The notes under the pieces are model-generated. The model was not told where the DNA came from. It was given only the letters and a program-made list of their open reading frames with translations, and made no database searches. Below, piece after piece: positions 38,936 through 52,215 of a stretch of 64,000 nucleotides of DNA. Position numbers and translations under genes: made by a program. How positions within the stretch are numbered: position 1 is the stretch's first letter; the number at the start of each line of letters is the position of its first letter. Source of the stretch: Hydrolagus affinis (Eukaryota); contig JAAILG010000135.1 in assembly GCA_012026655.1 (NCBI GenBank), forward strand, positions 62,001 through 126,000, in the 5' to 3' direction.

Positions 38936-40504
38936 CAGTGCAGACACTGAGTGTTGACAGGATTAGGGTTATTTGTGAACTCTCCATAGTCAAGCAGCCT
39001 GACAACTTTCTATCCAGGTTTACTTCATTGGTCAGTTGGGAGAGGTACTGTACATTCCCTGCCAGATGTGGAATTGGGGCCATCCTTCTGTGTGAGTTGG
39101 TACCTTTCAGAGAGGAAAGATCAATGGAGAAAACTGGAAGGCAAATTGCTTGAGAGAAACAAAAAAGTCAGAACATTAATCATCAGTAGGGATGGACGTA
39201 GAGAGAGATGCAGTTTGCATTGAAAGCAGTTCCTTTTACAGTAATCGTCTGTAATACATGTATCTTGATGACATCACTAGGGGTCAAATGGAGTTACAAA
39301 TCCAGACAGTAGAGATTGTGGAACAAGGATGCTTAAACAACACTGCAATTGCAAGTACATTTCAAGGAACATAATGTTGGTTTCTAATAAAACTTCAGCA
39401 ATCCCTATTTAATCAAAAACAGGGGTCAATTTTGCGGTATTTATTCACAGATTTCTTAATTAGCAACGCAGACAGATCTCTTTTGGAGAACAGAAAATAT
39501 GTCCTACTGGTCATTCATGGGAACCCTGTTCTGAAAATAAATTGAGGAACTTCAACACTTTTGTACGGTTTGGGTGTTAAAAAGTAATTTTTTTAGTCTT
39601 TATATAGTTTCTTACTTAGCAATTCAAATATTTTGAAGTTAAATCCAGAGCTAACCTAGGAAAATCTATGTGCTCTAATAAAGACATTGTTCTTCCAAAC
39701 CCATCTATGGGGTCACAGAGGTATTTGCAACCTACCTCAGTAAAACACTAAAAGGTTTACTAACAAAGATGGTATTCAAGTCTGAATAATACAGAACTCC
39801 CAGGGACATAATGCAGAATATAATTTTAGTTGCTGTTGACTCAAGCCAAGCTAAATCATGCAATTAAACTACAAGAGAAACAAGCAGCAGTAATAGGTGA
39901 AACAAATGCTGTATAATAAGGGTTGTCTTAAGGAGACTGTGATGAAAGGCAACCAGTCATTTCAGACATGAGAGAGTAGGCGTCTCGTGGCAGACCTTTC
40001 ACTTGATTTTATAGAATCTGAATGAAAAGCAGGCTGGCAAAGACCCTGATTACCGTCTCTGTGGGAAAGTATTCTCGATGTGAAGGGTGAATTGATTCAT
40101 GCCTGTGCTTCTAATGGAATTTTACACAGTGGGAATGGGTTAACTGGGAAAAGAAACATATTTGCACCGCTACAAAGTATTTGTGCAGCAGAAAATGTCC
40201 ACATGCAACTCAACAAAACAATTTGCCACTGTTTAATTTTAGTGTTTCTTTTAGTTTTATTATAATTGTGCAGGTATTTCTATTTTTAATTTAATCTGCA
40301 AACTACTTACATGTTCTGCAGGTGTACATTGTATGTAGATAACTGAGCTAGCAAAGCGGATACACTAATTGATATTTACTTTCCTAACCTATTTTCTTTA
40401 TAAATGGGAAATGATTTGATGGACTTTACAGTGTATCTTGTGAGATATTCCAATGACATGATTGAGGTGCTATATCAATTGCAAGGCTGATTATTTACAA
40501 TTGT

Positions 40505-40793
40505 ATTGGGAGATCCGGGACATTTGCGGTATGCTCACTTTGCGCATTTATTAAATTTACCGAACGCTGGAATGCTTTTTTACGAACATTTTACCGAATG
40601 TGCTGGAATGCTTTATTGGTAAGTATCCATACAATATTCTGTTATTATTTAGTCTATTATTAATATGATAAGTTTTAAAAATAAGTAAATTTTTCGTGTA
40701 GGATTTTCGGCAACTTGCCGCTCGAATATCAGGCATATTTGATTAGCGGCACTGGGCATGTCCTGAGGGTGCCGGCTAATGAAGGTTTTACTG
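40505..40793. mobile_element. Partial relative of the 15096-15323 MITE (right end only)
   Basis: gtcctgagggtgccggctaatgaaggttttactg|TA resembles gtcccgagggtgccggataaatgggcttttactg|TA; left TIR not found, left boundary approximate. Confidence 0.65.
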
Positions 40794-42036
40794 TACTTCT
40801 CTATTGATGATTATGCCCCATTTACTCTATTAAACTAAAGCATATTCGTATTGTAGAACTGTGTGGTTGGAGTGATTGGAGAGGGAGCTAAGCCAGACTG
40901 TCAGACTGCACGATGTGCTACTGAAACATCACCACAAGGCTGGCAACACATAATATTCTTGTGGTGAAAATGAATCATAGTTGCTTCAGCTTTTCTTTGC
41001 CGCTGTGAATGCACCGTTTAACGTTTTGTGCAAATTAGCCTTTGGAAGTCACTATCCAGCAAAACTCCACAATATTCAGACTCACAAACATCACAAAGCT
41101 TCTTAGCTTGACTTGGCAAATCTCTCTCTTCTTTTCAAAATGAAGGTGGGCAACAGCTTGCATAATGTGCTCATGTACTCACCGAGGATTACATCTGTCA
41201 ACATAGCGTAAATAAAGCTCTGGGTGGCCAGTAACAAGCTAAAGATGACTGGTGATCATTTTAGATATTTTCCACCTCTGGTGGTATAACAGGCAGATTA
41301 GAATATAAAAATGTTGATCCGAGAGGATGGAAAGTCTGCCCAAGCAGTAAATGGATTTGGGTTACAATCTTGGTTCCAATCTGCCTCGCCCAAAAGACAT
41401 TTGAATGTATGTCCTGGAAGAGAGAGGTCTTTCGGCTCAAATGATAAAGGGGGAACAGCAGTGTGGTTAGAAACAAATCCAGCTAGCTTTATTTTGTCAG
41501 GGTTAGCCTAAGTTTTTTGGTTGTTGTTGTTGTAATGCACCTCTGTTGTGGCAAGTTATTACCATCATGTTAATTTCAGAGGAATCATTTTACCTGGTGG
41601 TGTCCAGCTCAGAATTTGATCTTAAATCACTTCTGCTCAGCCTTGGCAATGGGAAAAGTTTGCAAAATACATGAAGATGTATTGATGGTGAAATATACTT
41701 TAAATGCCTGTTTAATTTATGGTGATATCCTAAGTTTAGCCACTGGGGAAAATCATGGATTATTATAATTGTTTTTTTTAGCAGAAACAAGAAGGCGATA
41801 TTCATTTGACAATATTTGAAGGTCACCATTGTTACCTAATATTTTCTGAAAACAATTTTGATGCATAGTGCACATTAATCTATTTACAGGGTATAATTAA
41901 TTAAGTATTTTCTCTTGACCAGCATATCAACTAGTTTTCTTCTTTCAGTGAATAATTCTGTAAACAAAAAATATATATGGTACCAGATATTTTAGAACCT
42001 TTTTATAACACGTTCTAAAAATAATGGATTTTCACA

Positions 42037-42400
42037 AGTGTCTCAAAGACATTTTCACATGTCTCAAAGTCTTTCACAAACCATTACTGTGAAGCTTAGT
42101 AACTGTTTATGCAGATAAATCTTTGCAATGGCAAAGTCCCACAAACTGCCATTAGATGAATAACCCATTAATCTGGAATATTGTTTGCCAGGACACTGGG
42201 AGAAACTCTCTTATCCTTTCTAATAGTGGCATGAAATCTTAAATATACACCTAAAAACATGTGCATGGGACTTCAATTTAATATCTCATCCAATAATCGA
42301 CATCTCTGACAATATAGAACTACCTCCAACACTGCACTGGAGTGCCAGCCTCAACTATTGAGGCCCAATATAAGGCTCGAAACCACAACTTTCTGATACA
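42037..42400 (-). mobile_element. Older Deu-type SINE, degenerate
   Basis: tcccacaaactgcc...gccaggacactgggagaaactc...aatatctcatcc...cactgcactggagtgccagcct...aaccacaactttctga. Confidence 0.65.
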
Positions 42401-43186
42401 GGGGGATGAATGATAACGTGGCTGGGCGGCATTTGACGTAAACGATTTAGCATTTTGTTGCCAAATATATAAATGAAAAAATTTGATAAAGAATAACTGA
42501 ATGAATTAAGATGAATACAGAATTAGCTACAAATTTAACCATTTACAATAGTATATATTTATTGAGGTTTGACATTCTTCCAATGGAAGATAATGTTTGG
42601 GCCATTTTGACAGGTCACTAGCACGAGTCATGAATGTATTACCTCCCTAACTATTCATGCTCAATTCATAAGCATGTAGGATTATGATTGTCTGAGTGAT
42701 GAGAGGGATGACCAGAGGCTTTTGAAGATGTGCCTGTTGTTGCTGCTCAGATTTTGTATTTCCCCAGGCTGAATTCCTGTAACTTTCCCATAAAAGAAAA
42801 GAGCTTGCACAAAGCTGGCCATGAGAAATTAATCAGAGAATGGTGTAACCTATAATTCTTGCAACATTGATATTTCAACTGATTTGTGCCATTGCTCAAG
42901 TCTGTTCAAGAGATGGAATATAGATTCAGCAAAGAACAAGTTCAATGAGTAGAATTTGTTAGTTAACAGCAAAATAGTAGCTGAACCACATAAAGTACAC
43001 ATTTAATATCTCCCTAATGGCAATCAGTACAGATAACCTCTAGACAAAAGACTACCAAATTAAACAGTTCCGCTCCATCCGATAGTGTCTTCACTGAATC
43101 AAGACTGGCTTCATACTGGCACATCAGTATTTTGGGGGAATGGAACATAGAATCATAGAAATTTTACAATGCAGAAGGAGGCCACT

Positions 43187-43480
43187 GAGTCCCGTAGAGC
43201 ACTTGCCTTCCAAGTGAGAGACCTGAGTTTGATTCCAAGCAGGGTGAAACCTTGGGCAAGTTTCCTCATTCTACATGCCTGCTAATAATTCCTAAAAAAA
43301 ATAATAATAAATTGGTCATATCAATCCACGAATGTTTGTGAGACACTGCTGTACACAATTGGCTGCCGCATTCCACCCACAAAGATACAGTAAATTCACT
43401 TTACAGTATATTCTGTGAAGTGCTTTGAGACATCTAGAAGATGTGAAAAGCACTATATCAAACGCAAAGGTTATTATTAT
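43187..43480 (+). mobile_element. tRNA/Deu-like SINE, adjacent to a reversed CR1 tail (43143-43186)
   Basis: agagcacttgccttccaagtgagagacctgagtttgattcc head, core cactgctgtacacaattggctgccgc, ttattattat tail. Confidence 0.88.
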
Positions 43481-44859
43481 CATTCAATCCATCAACTCAA
43501 TACTGACTTGCAGAGTGTAGATTGGGTCTGCACTGGCTCTGAATCCAGCATTGTCATCTTATGAGTTAAAAATAGCTTTGATGGTTCTATGTGAAAGATT
43601 TTGGGGAGATGAGGATTGTAAAATGTCTGTGATCGCTTTATATTCAGCATATTCACAGAACCTGCAAATAAAATTTTAATGACAAAAATGGCAAACATGT
43701 TGCATCGATAAGGGTAGATTGTTCCGAGATTGTAGTTTTACCGGAATCAGAACAGGAAAATGTTGGAGGCCGAGCTAATGGGCTGAGCTGGGAGTGGAGC
43801 CAATTTGGAGCGTAGCTGGTGGAAACGTACAGTTCAGTTTTGTGCAATTTAATTAGCAGTCCTACGCAGTACAAACTGTTCAATACGCAACATTCAATAG
43901 TTTCACAATATGATAATTTTTCACAATATTAAAAGTCATCTTTTTGCAATAATAAAGAAGAGAGGCCCCATGTGTAAAAATAATTATTTCCTTTGACTTC
44001 TTGTATCACTTCAATGGCTTTTCGTCTGCTGTTAGAAATCCGTTTTAGGCTGGGAGGGAGAAGATTTATTGAGCTTAAGACAGAGAGAGTTAAAAGTTGG
44101 GAGAAATCACAAAATCAAGGGAGAGAGCCAGGAGAGGAATGCAGACTTAGAAAAAAAAAGGTGGGACAGAGCCAGAATAGTAATCATAAAGACAGGATGA
44201 AATTGGGAAAGGAATGATGGAGCTTGGATTAGAGTGAGACACAGCTGGGAGAAGAATTACAGAACCAGGGCAGAGGCAGATACAGCCAGAAAATAACTAA
44301 CACAGCTTTGAAGAGAATGAATCAGAGCTGGAATAATAATCACAGCACTCAGGGAAGAGTTCAACAAAACCCATATCGTAATCACAGAGCTTAGGACACA
44401 CTGTCGTGGGATATAACCACGAACAGATAGACGGAGTGGAGTAGGGCTGAGAGAGGAATCATGAAACCCCAGAGCTTTGGGCAGATGCAGGAAAGGAAAA
44501 TCTGTATGAAAAGAGGGCTCAGGAGACATGCATGCTGCAACGGGGATAGTAAATGATAGACAGAAAATACATTCTTGAATGAGAAACAGCCAATGGAGAT
44601 CATTTGCCATTTCGCCAATTTAGTTTCATTTTTATGTGACAATTGAGCAAAGACATACTTCAGACTGAGTTTATAGTTCTGGCTCCACATCCCTTTTTCT
44701 TTTTTTGTGGGTTCAATGCAGGTGAAACAGAACTCTGCTCACAGACACCTTAGCGAATGTGTGTGGTAACCCATGCCGCATGTTGGTCAAGTTTGAATGC
44801 TTACTCACCTCCCCAGCATGACCTTTCTTCCGTGCAAGGTTTATTTTCCTCCACTCAGG

Positions 44860-45285
44860 TAGCTAGAGCTTGTTGTATGTTTCCAACACCTTCAGTGACC
44901 GAGGCTTTAGATACTAGTTCCTAAACTCTTGAACTGCCTCATTCTAATCCTCCATCTCACCCTCAGACTATCCATATTTAAATCCTAGCTAAAAGTTTGT
45001 ATCTTTGTCCATGCTTATGGGAGCCTGCCTCCCTCTCCCCCACCCATCTTTCTCCCTTGCTTGGCATCCAACCCTGTCTTTATGATGCACTGTGAGACTT
45101 TTAATGCAGGTCTTAAGACCCTCCTCTTCAGCCATGCGTCAGTCGCCCTCCTACCTCTCTGCCCTCCCTCATCCCAACCCTGCCCACCTACCCCTGCTCG
45201 GGTCCTGACCCCTGACTGTTCAGTGTGTTGAGACGTCCTCCTGAAGTGAAAGGTGCAATACAAATGTAATTTTGTTGTTGTTGTT
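44860..45285 (+). mobile_element. L2 LINE 3' fragments
   Basis: cttaagaccctcctcttcagccatgc...gagacgtcctcctgaagtgaaaggtgcaatacaaatgtaattttgttgttgttgtt; same tail as 7640-7702. Confidence 0.7.
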
Positions 45286-46212
45286 AACCTGCGGTATATT
45301 GAAGCAATTTATTGTTGAACTGTCTGTTATATAATAGTACTTCATTCAGTTCATTGAATTGGTAAAATAGACCCATTAATAGAAGAAAAGTATTCTAGGG
45401 GAAATAACTTCAACCTAAAGAATTCTGCACAGAAGCACTGTTCCAAACATGTCTACAAAGTAATAAGAGAATACGCAATGTTTCTCTTTTACTGATTAGA
45501 GAAACAGTCTGTTGAGACTATCCCACATCAGTTCTCCCAGCCAGAAAGGCTTTGTGTGAGTTGGTATACAATTGATCAGTCCTTCTGCCAGTGTGCTTAG
45601 CAGATGTTAGTCGTGGCACAGTAGAGCAATAAAAAATATTTTGTATTCTGGCTTGACATGCAAAGGGTAATTACCATGCCATTTTAATACTTCATTGTAG
45701 TGTGATCGCAGAACTGTCATCAATGTCTATAATACAAAGATGGATAGGTTTCTGGAAGCTGAATCATAATGAAAAAGCCCAATGTTTAAAAGCACACCTG
45801 TTTTTTTCACTCGGAGAGAGGACATGCTGCTTTCAAACTCTAGAACGAGCAATGCCAACAGAAAACACTTTGTGAGCAAATATCCCAAGTCATTTCATAA
45901 ACATGGCAGAAAGTAGAGCATTTCAAAACACAAACCGCAGAGAGGCTAGTGTCACAGTGGATGAAGTCCAATGTGACCGTAAGTGAACACTGTGTTTTGC
46001 ATCATATCTTCTTACTTGTTTTCATTGTTTTCCCCACTTTGTTTGGGGTATAGATCCATTGGCACTAGCTATTCTTTAGTATCTTTCCCCGAGCACTTTT
46101 ATTCATTAGCAATCTATAGCAGGAACACTGCATGGTTTCCCATTCTCTAACCTGGATTGTTAAGACCAACCACAGCTCCACTGAGTTGATCTAATCCAGC
46201 GCCCAAAAGTTC

Positions 46213-46378
46213 TTCAATGTCCAGCTGAACAGGCAGACAAAAGCACAGTTAAATGTCTCATCCAAAGGCCGGCACATCTGACAATGTAGCTCTCTGCCAA
46301 TACGGATTGGAGTGAACAACCTATGGAGTGAGGGCTTTGGAGCTCAAAGGCCCCAACATGGGGCTCCAGCCCACAACC
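46213..46378 (-). mobile_element. Older Deu-type SINE fragment
   Basis: ctgaacaggcagac...ttaaatgtctcatccaaaggccggcacatctgacaatg, similar to 10470-10540. Confidence 0.55.
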
Positions 46379-47348
46379 CCAGTATTTTCATCCTAAATAC
46401 ATCTTATTTTTATATTCCTACCTCTTGATTTTGTCTTAGCTTAAAACAATGATGTTAATTTCTGTTTAGAGCCATGGTGTGAGCAGAAAACCCTATCAGG
46501 TGCTCAGTTTGTACAATCTTTAGCCAAAGTGCAGAAACATTATAACGCTCATGTAACAAAGTGGTAAGCACGGACGGGAGAGAAATTGAGTTACCATCGG
46601 CAAGATGTATGTGATGTATCGCAAAGTAGTTTCAGCAGTGGCACTCGCCACCTTTAAACCAACACCAGTCAAACATGTAAACCACTTCAGCAGGTAAACT
46701 CGTACATGTACCATAAAATTAAACTGAATACTTTACCTTAGAATCTGTATGAGCAATCCGTTAACAAATGTATTTTGTAATAATATTCAACACAAATAGG
46801 TGAAAAAGATGGATTGCCATGTACAAATAAGGCAATAATGGTGTTTCTCTCCTCTTCTTTCTGAAATGTGTTCACAAGTTATGCTTGTAAACGTAAGGCA
46901 CATATGGTACCTATCTATAAATCACTTCCTGTTTTTAAGTGCCTGGGTGCATAAAATCTACACAAAAGTCACTCTGAAGTATAAGACATACTTTATACTC
47001 CATATCAGTGGGGGACTTTACATGGAACTGAAATGCAGTAAATACTTAATATTTGCATCCAAGTCTATCTACAATTACAATAAATCTTAAACCAGTTCTT
47101 GTTTACACACATGAAAGTATAGCGGGGACTAGTTGTACTTTAAATCACAGGGTTTGATCAGGGACATGTTGGTCAAGCTGTGAATCAACACTTTCCCCAG
47201 CACCTTGTGAGAGGAAAAAAACTTGGAAAAATTATGCATCTAATCACTTATCATATGTTAAAAGTGATGCATGATTGCATGCAATTAATCCAAGTTTATA
47301 TTATAAAATTCTACTTTCAAATAATAATACTGCCAATAGTAATTTAGT

Positions 47349-47717
47349 GGAGTCCTGTAGCTTAGTGGTTAGGGCACAATCCTGAGGCAGGGCGTAATGT
47401 TGGGCAAGTTTCCTTTACTCAAGATACTTCAGTAGGAGTAGGAAGTAGGAACCTAATTGTAGCAGTAGGAAGTAGGAACCTAATTGTTAGTTGATTCGTT
47501 GATCACTTTTCTAGGGGAAATAATCCCTTAAAAAATAATTATATTAATTTGGTCAATCAATCCATGATTGTTTGTGATACACTGCTATGTGGTATAGGCT
47601 GGTGCGTTTCTCCCACAATTATACACTCGATTTACTTTACAGTATATTCTGTGAAGTGCTTTGAGACTTCTCGAAGATGTGATAAGGTACTATATCAAAT
47701 GCAAGGATTATTATTAT
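47349..47717 (+). mobile_element. Near full-length tRNA/Deu-like SINE with internal 24-bp duplication
   Basis: ggagtcctgtagcttagtggttaggg head; agtaggaagtaggaacctaattgt at 47437-47460 and 47464-47487; atcaaatgcaaggattattatta tail. Confidence 0.88.
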
Positions 47718-47828
47718 ATTTTCTTCATTGCCTACTTTCTAACCTACAAACTGTATTTTTAGCAATAATGTGGTTGCCATTAAAAATAATTTACCCAGTG
47801 TCCTGGCCATGTATCCCCCAGATAAAAC

Positions 47829-47995
47829 TGGTCACTGACTTCATGGCTGTTTGGGGATGTTGCTCTGTGCAAATTGGCAACCGTGTATGCCTACAAAATA
47901 CACAGTCACTACACTTCACAATAAATCCTTTGAAGCTCTTTGAGACATTTCAACAAAATGATAAGGTGCAATATCAAATGCAAGATTATTATTAT
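47829..47995 (+). mobile_element. Deu-core SINE 3' half
   Basis: gctgtttggggatgttgctctgtgcaaattggc...atcaaatgcaagattattatta. Confidence 0.8.
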
Positions 47996-50774
47996 CAGTG
48001 TTAACGTACTACAAAATATTTCATGTTGAATTAGTCTCCTGGGTATATGGCATGTGCAGTATATCCTATTATAATGACAAGTCGGTGGGATTTTTTTGGC
48101 ATCTCACTTAGAATGTGGCTTCTGAGCAATTAAAATGCATAGTCTTCCATAAAGTTTATCAAAATCTTAATTAAACAGGAATGATTGAAGCCTGTTTATC
48201 TATTCCCCCAGTGATCCCCACATGGTAAAAGAACATTCAGAGTGTCTCTACTTCTGTTGCAATGTTTCACACTGAAATGTGCATGGTACAGATTTATATT
48301 TCAATTCACTTTTACCATGTGGTTATGCGTGAGACTACCTGTTTAATGGAGTTTCTGCAATGGCAAATGATATTCAACTGGGCTTCTTAAAATTTAATAT
48401 TCAGTTGCCCAGCTAATATATTCATAGCCTTAGGCAATAACCTTACTGTGTATATTTTAGTCTTGTATGTTTGGAGGACAAAAATGGTCACAGCTGGTAA
48501 GAAATTACCGTATGCATCAGTTTCTTTGAAGCATGGAACATAAACTTTAGGTGTATTTAACAAAGTGTTTCTAATACCTTTCATATACAACTTCTAAAAT
48601 TCCTTTTGGTATGCTTATTTTTTAACCATGGTTACATACATAAATTGTGTGTTAAATGCTATAAACAGACAACCAATAAGCTATACATTTTACACAGATC
48701 TTGTGTGACTGAGGTGATTATTGGTTAGAAATATAACAATCTTGTGGGGGAGCAGTTTAAATGTGCTGATCCATGCAAATTTTGTTTTCAGAAGCCAAAT
48801 TTATATAGTTATTCAGCTCCTCTGTGATTCTGTTGAAAATTTGTGACTTCCTTCTAATTTGGAATCTTAGCTCCAAGTGAAATAATATCTAGACTAGAAT
48901 TTTCAGGTGATTGCAGTCAATATATTTTCCAAGTACAGTTGCCAAAAGTTAAAACATTTCCTTGTAGGGAATAGAGGGCTCTTTTTTACCATATCACAGG
49001 GATAGGTTAGGTACAATTCTGCCATCAAACCCAAGCATTTCCGGAAAATGATTTTTTGGAAAATTGTATTATTTTTGGTTGAAAATAATACATTGAATGA
49101 CCTTTTTGTAGAATGACCAGGAATGGATAGGCCTTTTTTATTTTAAAAAAAAGACAACATGCCAAGCTTAATAAATCCATCCTTTTGCGTCAAATATTGC
49201 TGTCAAAATTAACTGTCATTAACATACTTTAGAATCTGGCTGTAATAATCAAGAAACAAACCTATTAAAGCAGTACATTTCTGTTCCAACCAACATTCTT
49301 GAAAGGTATTACAAATAGCTGAACTGATTACATTCCTGTTAACATCGTGTTCAGCAACTACTTTCCTCTGATATAACACTGTTTACTCTATTGGTTGATT
49401 TTCAACTAAAAGCTAAATACTGTGACGCACAAAATCGTTGTCGTCAGTTCTGGTCAATTGCATTTTACTATCTCTGCATGTGTATGCATTTACTGCAAAT
49501 GTTTCCCAATTTACAGAAACTGCAGCCATGTAATTGTGCAAAGATTGTTCTCGAGACAATTCCACGTTCACTCCTACTTATCCTTCAGCTGCCAACTCAG
49601 ACCAGACGCTTGATAAATCACCCTCTTTCCTTTCACAACAGTTGCAGAAACAAACGGATGCTGTTGTGAGTGTGTTTGTGCAGAAATACTGAAACACAGC
49701 AAATGTGTGTTCACCATGCTGTGTTCACATTGGTAAACTCATCCTTGGCACTGAGGGGTGTTAATTATATTAAGGACCACTGAGTGAATTATAGTATACA
49801 TCAATATGCAATCCTGTAACAAGAAAACACCACATTTCACATTTCAGCTACAATTTCAAGGAGAATGAGGGCCCAAGCTTATTCAAAGCTGCAGTATGAT
49901 TTCAGTAAATTGTATTTCACATTTGCAACATCGCTTGTAATATGTGGAGTGCTTTAAAGTTCAGCCTACTGTAATGTGGTACTTCTTAACTTATTTGATA
50001 TACAGACTAGGAACAAAACAAATTAAATGATTTTTGGTTGATAAAACCATGACAAAATTGCTGATTTAACCCCTTACTGCAATTGCTTAGGTTCACAAGA
50101 AAACATTGACCCGTGTTTCTCTGTTAGCATAGAATTTGCTCAAATCATATGACAAAACATCAACTTGTTATTAACTATAATTAGGATTAAATTACCTCTG
50201 ATAAAGGAGAGTGTAACAAGTGACTACCCTCTGCCTCCGTTGTAATAGAAGGGCAAATCAAATATCAAATAATATTTGCCCCCTGTTATTACCGTCATAA
50301 ACAATGGGAAAAGGAAACGTATGTATAATTTCCTAAATTATTACCATGTGTATGAAAACAAGCAGGAACACATCCCTGTTACTATGAATCAGCATCCAAG
50401 CTCACAAATCTAAAATAACAGATGAGGTATTATATATAACACAAACACAACAGTGCTAAACCTATGACGTCTATAATGCTGGGGATTAGCAATACCGCTT
50501 CCAACAGTAAAGCGCTTAAAAGCCTGATTTATATTCCCAGATACTAAATCACATGATCGGGATTGATGAGAGTCAAGAGTACGCACAACTATGCCGACCC
50601 CAACAGTAGATTTTAAGCTTTTAATGTTTTTAAAGACTGTGTCTAATGTTACCAAAGTGTTCTGTCTCTTTTGCTTCTTTTAATGCTTGTTTCCATGTTC
50701 CATGTCCATTGCTTTCATCCCTTTGAATAGCGGAAGTATTTTGCACCTTTTGTTTAATCGTCATCTGCAAAGTG

Positions 50775-51200
50775 AAGTCTGATAATTTAGTGGTTAGAGC
50801 ACTTGCCTCACAAGCAAGCGGACCTGGATTTGATTCCTGGTTAGGACAAAATGTTGGGCAAGTTTCTTTACTCCATATACCCTTGTTTACCTGGCAGTAT
50901 GTAGGAACCTGGTTGTTAGTCAATTGGCGGATCGTTTTTCCAGGGGTAATAATCCCTTCAAGAAAAGTAATAATTTGGTCACTGAATCCACAATGTTTGT
51001 GGGATACTGCTGTGCACAATCAGCTACCACGTTTTACCCACAAAATATACAGTCAATTAACAACAACAAAATTACATTTCTAGAGCGCCTTTCACATCAG
51101 GAGGATGTCCCAATATACTTTACAGAACTGTATATTCTATGAAGAGCGTGTGACATCTTGAAGATGTGCTAAGGCGTGATATAAAATGAAGGGTTAGTAA
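50775..51200 (+). mobile_element. Full-length tRNA/Deu-like SINE interrupted by an antisense L2 tail (about 51059-51117)
   Basis: tagtggttagagcacttgcctcacaagcaagcggacctggatttgattcc head; body continues after aacaacaacaaaattacatttctagagcgcctttcacatcaggaggatgtccc. Confidence 0.85.
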
Positions 51201-51856
51201 TGTAATCAAATGGAAATGGTTAGATAACAACAGATAAAGATTTTAAGATTCATCCCAGCATTAGTAAATGAAGTGGTGGTAATAGATGTATGAGATGAGA
51301 TATGGTATGAAACTCACATGGTGTATAAATATCAGCATTGATTAGTTGGAACTGTTCCAATGCTGTAGATGTTATGTAAATCTACATATGGAAGCAAGGT
51401 GACTTGGACATATAATAATCCTTGGAATATAGTCTAATATAGTGTTGCAAATTGCTCTTTCCCCAAGTTTCCTTCATGTGGGGACTCACTGCCAAAGTAC
51501 AAAAGGAGTGGAGGTTAACTATATTTTTTAAAAAGTATTAGAAACAGAAGAAAGCAATAAACAGAAATAACAGATGAGAACAACATTAAAAGCAAAACTA
51601 TTTTTATTATAGGATACATATTAAATGTGTTTTTCACAAAAGAAGATGACAGACAAATGCCAGATCCAGTAAAGATGCCTAAGGAATATGTGGAATTAAT
51701 GGAGCATGTTTTTGTTTTTACCAGAATCTTGAAGGATTACATTTCTGGAAAGCACCTAGGCTTGACTCAGTGTATCCAAAACCTGCGTGAGAATAAAAGA
51801 CAGTTATAAATGAGTGTCCACAGGGTTCAGGTGTAGGACGCTGAGGTCGATAGTTT

Positions 51857-52070
51857 ATAATAATAATAATCATCAAATAATCCTTGCATTTGATATCGCG
51901 CTTTTCACATCTTCTAGCCGTCTCAAAGAGCTTCACAGAATATACTGTAAAGTGAATTGACAATATATTTTGGGGGCGAAATGCGGTAGCCAATTGTACA
52001 CAGCGGTGTTCCACAAACAGTCGTGTATTGAAATGACCAATTATTGCTTTGTGTTGAGGGATTATTAGTT
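51857..52070 (-). mobile_element. tRNA/Deu-like SINE 3' half
   Basis: aataatccttgcatttgatatcgcgcttttcac...gtagccaattgtacacagcggtgttccacaaacag. Confidence 0.85.
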
Positions 52071-52132
52071 TCAACTCCTCAACATTCACACATCTCAGGA
52101 ACACATTTTTCCCTCAAAATATATGGTCAATT

Positions 52133-52215
52133 TAATTTACAGTGACGTCCTTTGAGACTTGTTGAAGATGTGATAAGGTGCTATATGAAATGCAGGGATT
52201 ATTATTATTATTATT
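52133..52215 (+). mobile_element. SINE 3' tail
   Basis: ctttgagacttgttgaagatgtgataaggtgctatatgaaatgcagggattattattattatta. Confidence 0.75.

Noticed and set aside
47549-48004. 151-aa ORF
   Set aside because: Spans two SINE copies; similar pseudo-peptides recur at 2883 and 51718 simply because of the repeat.
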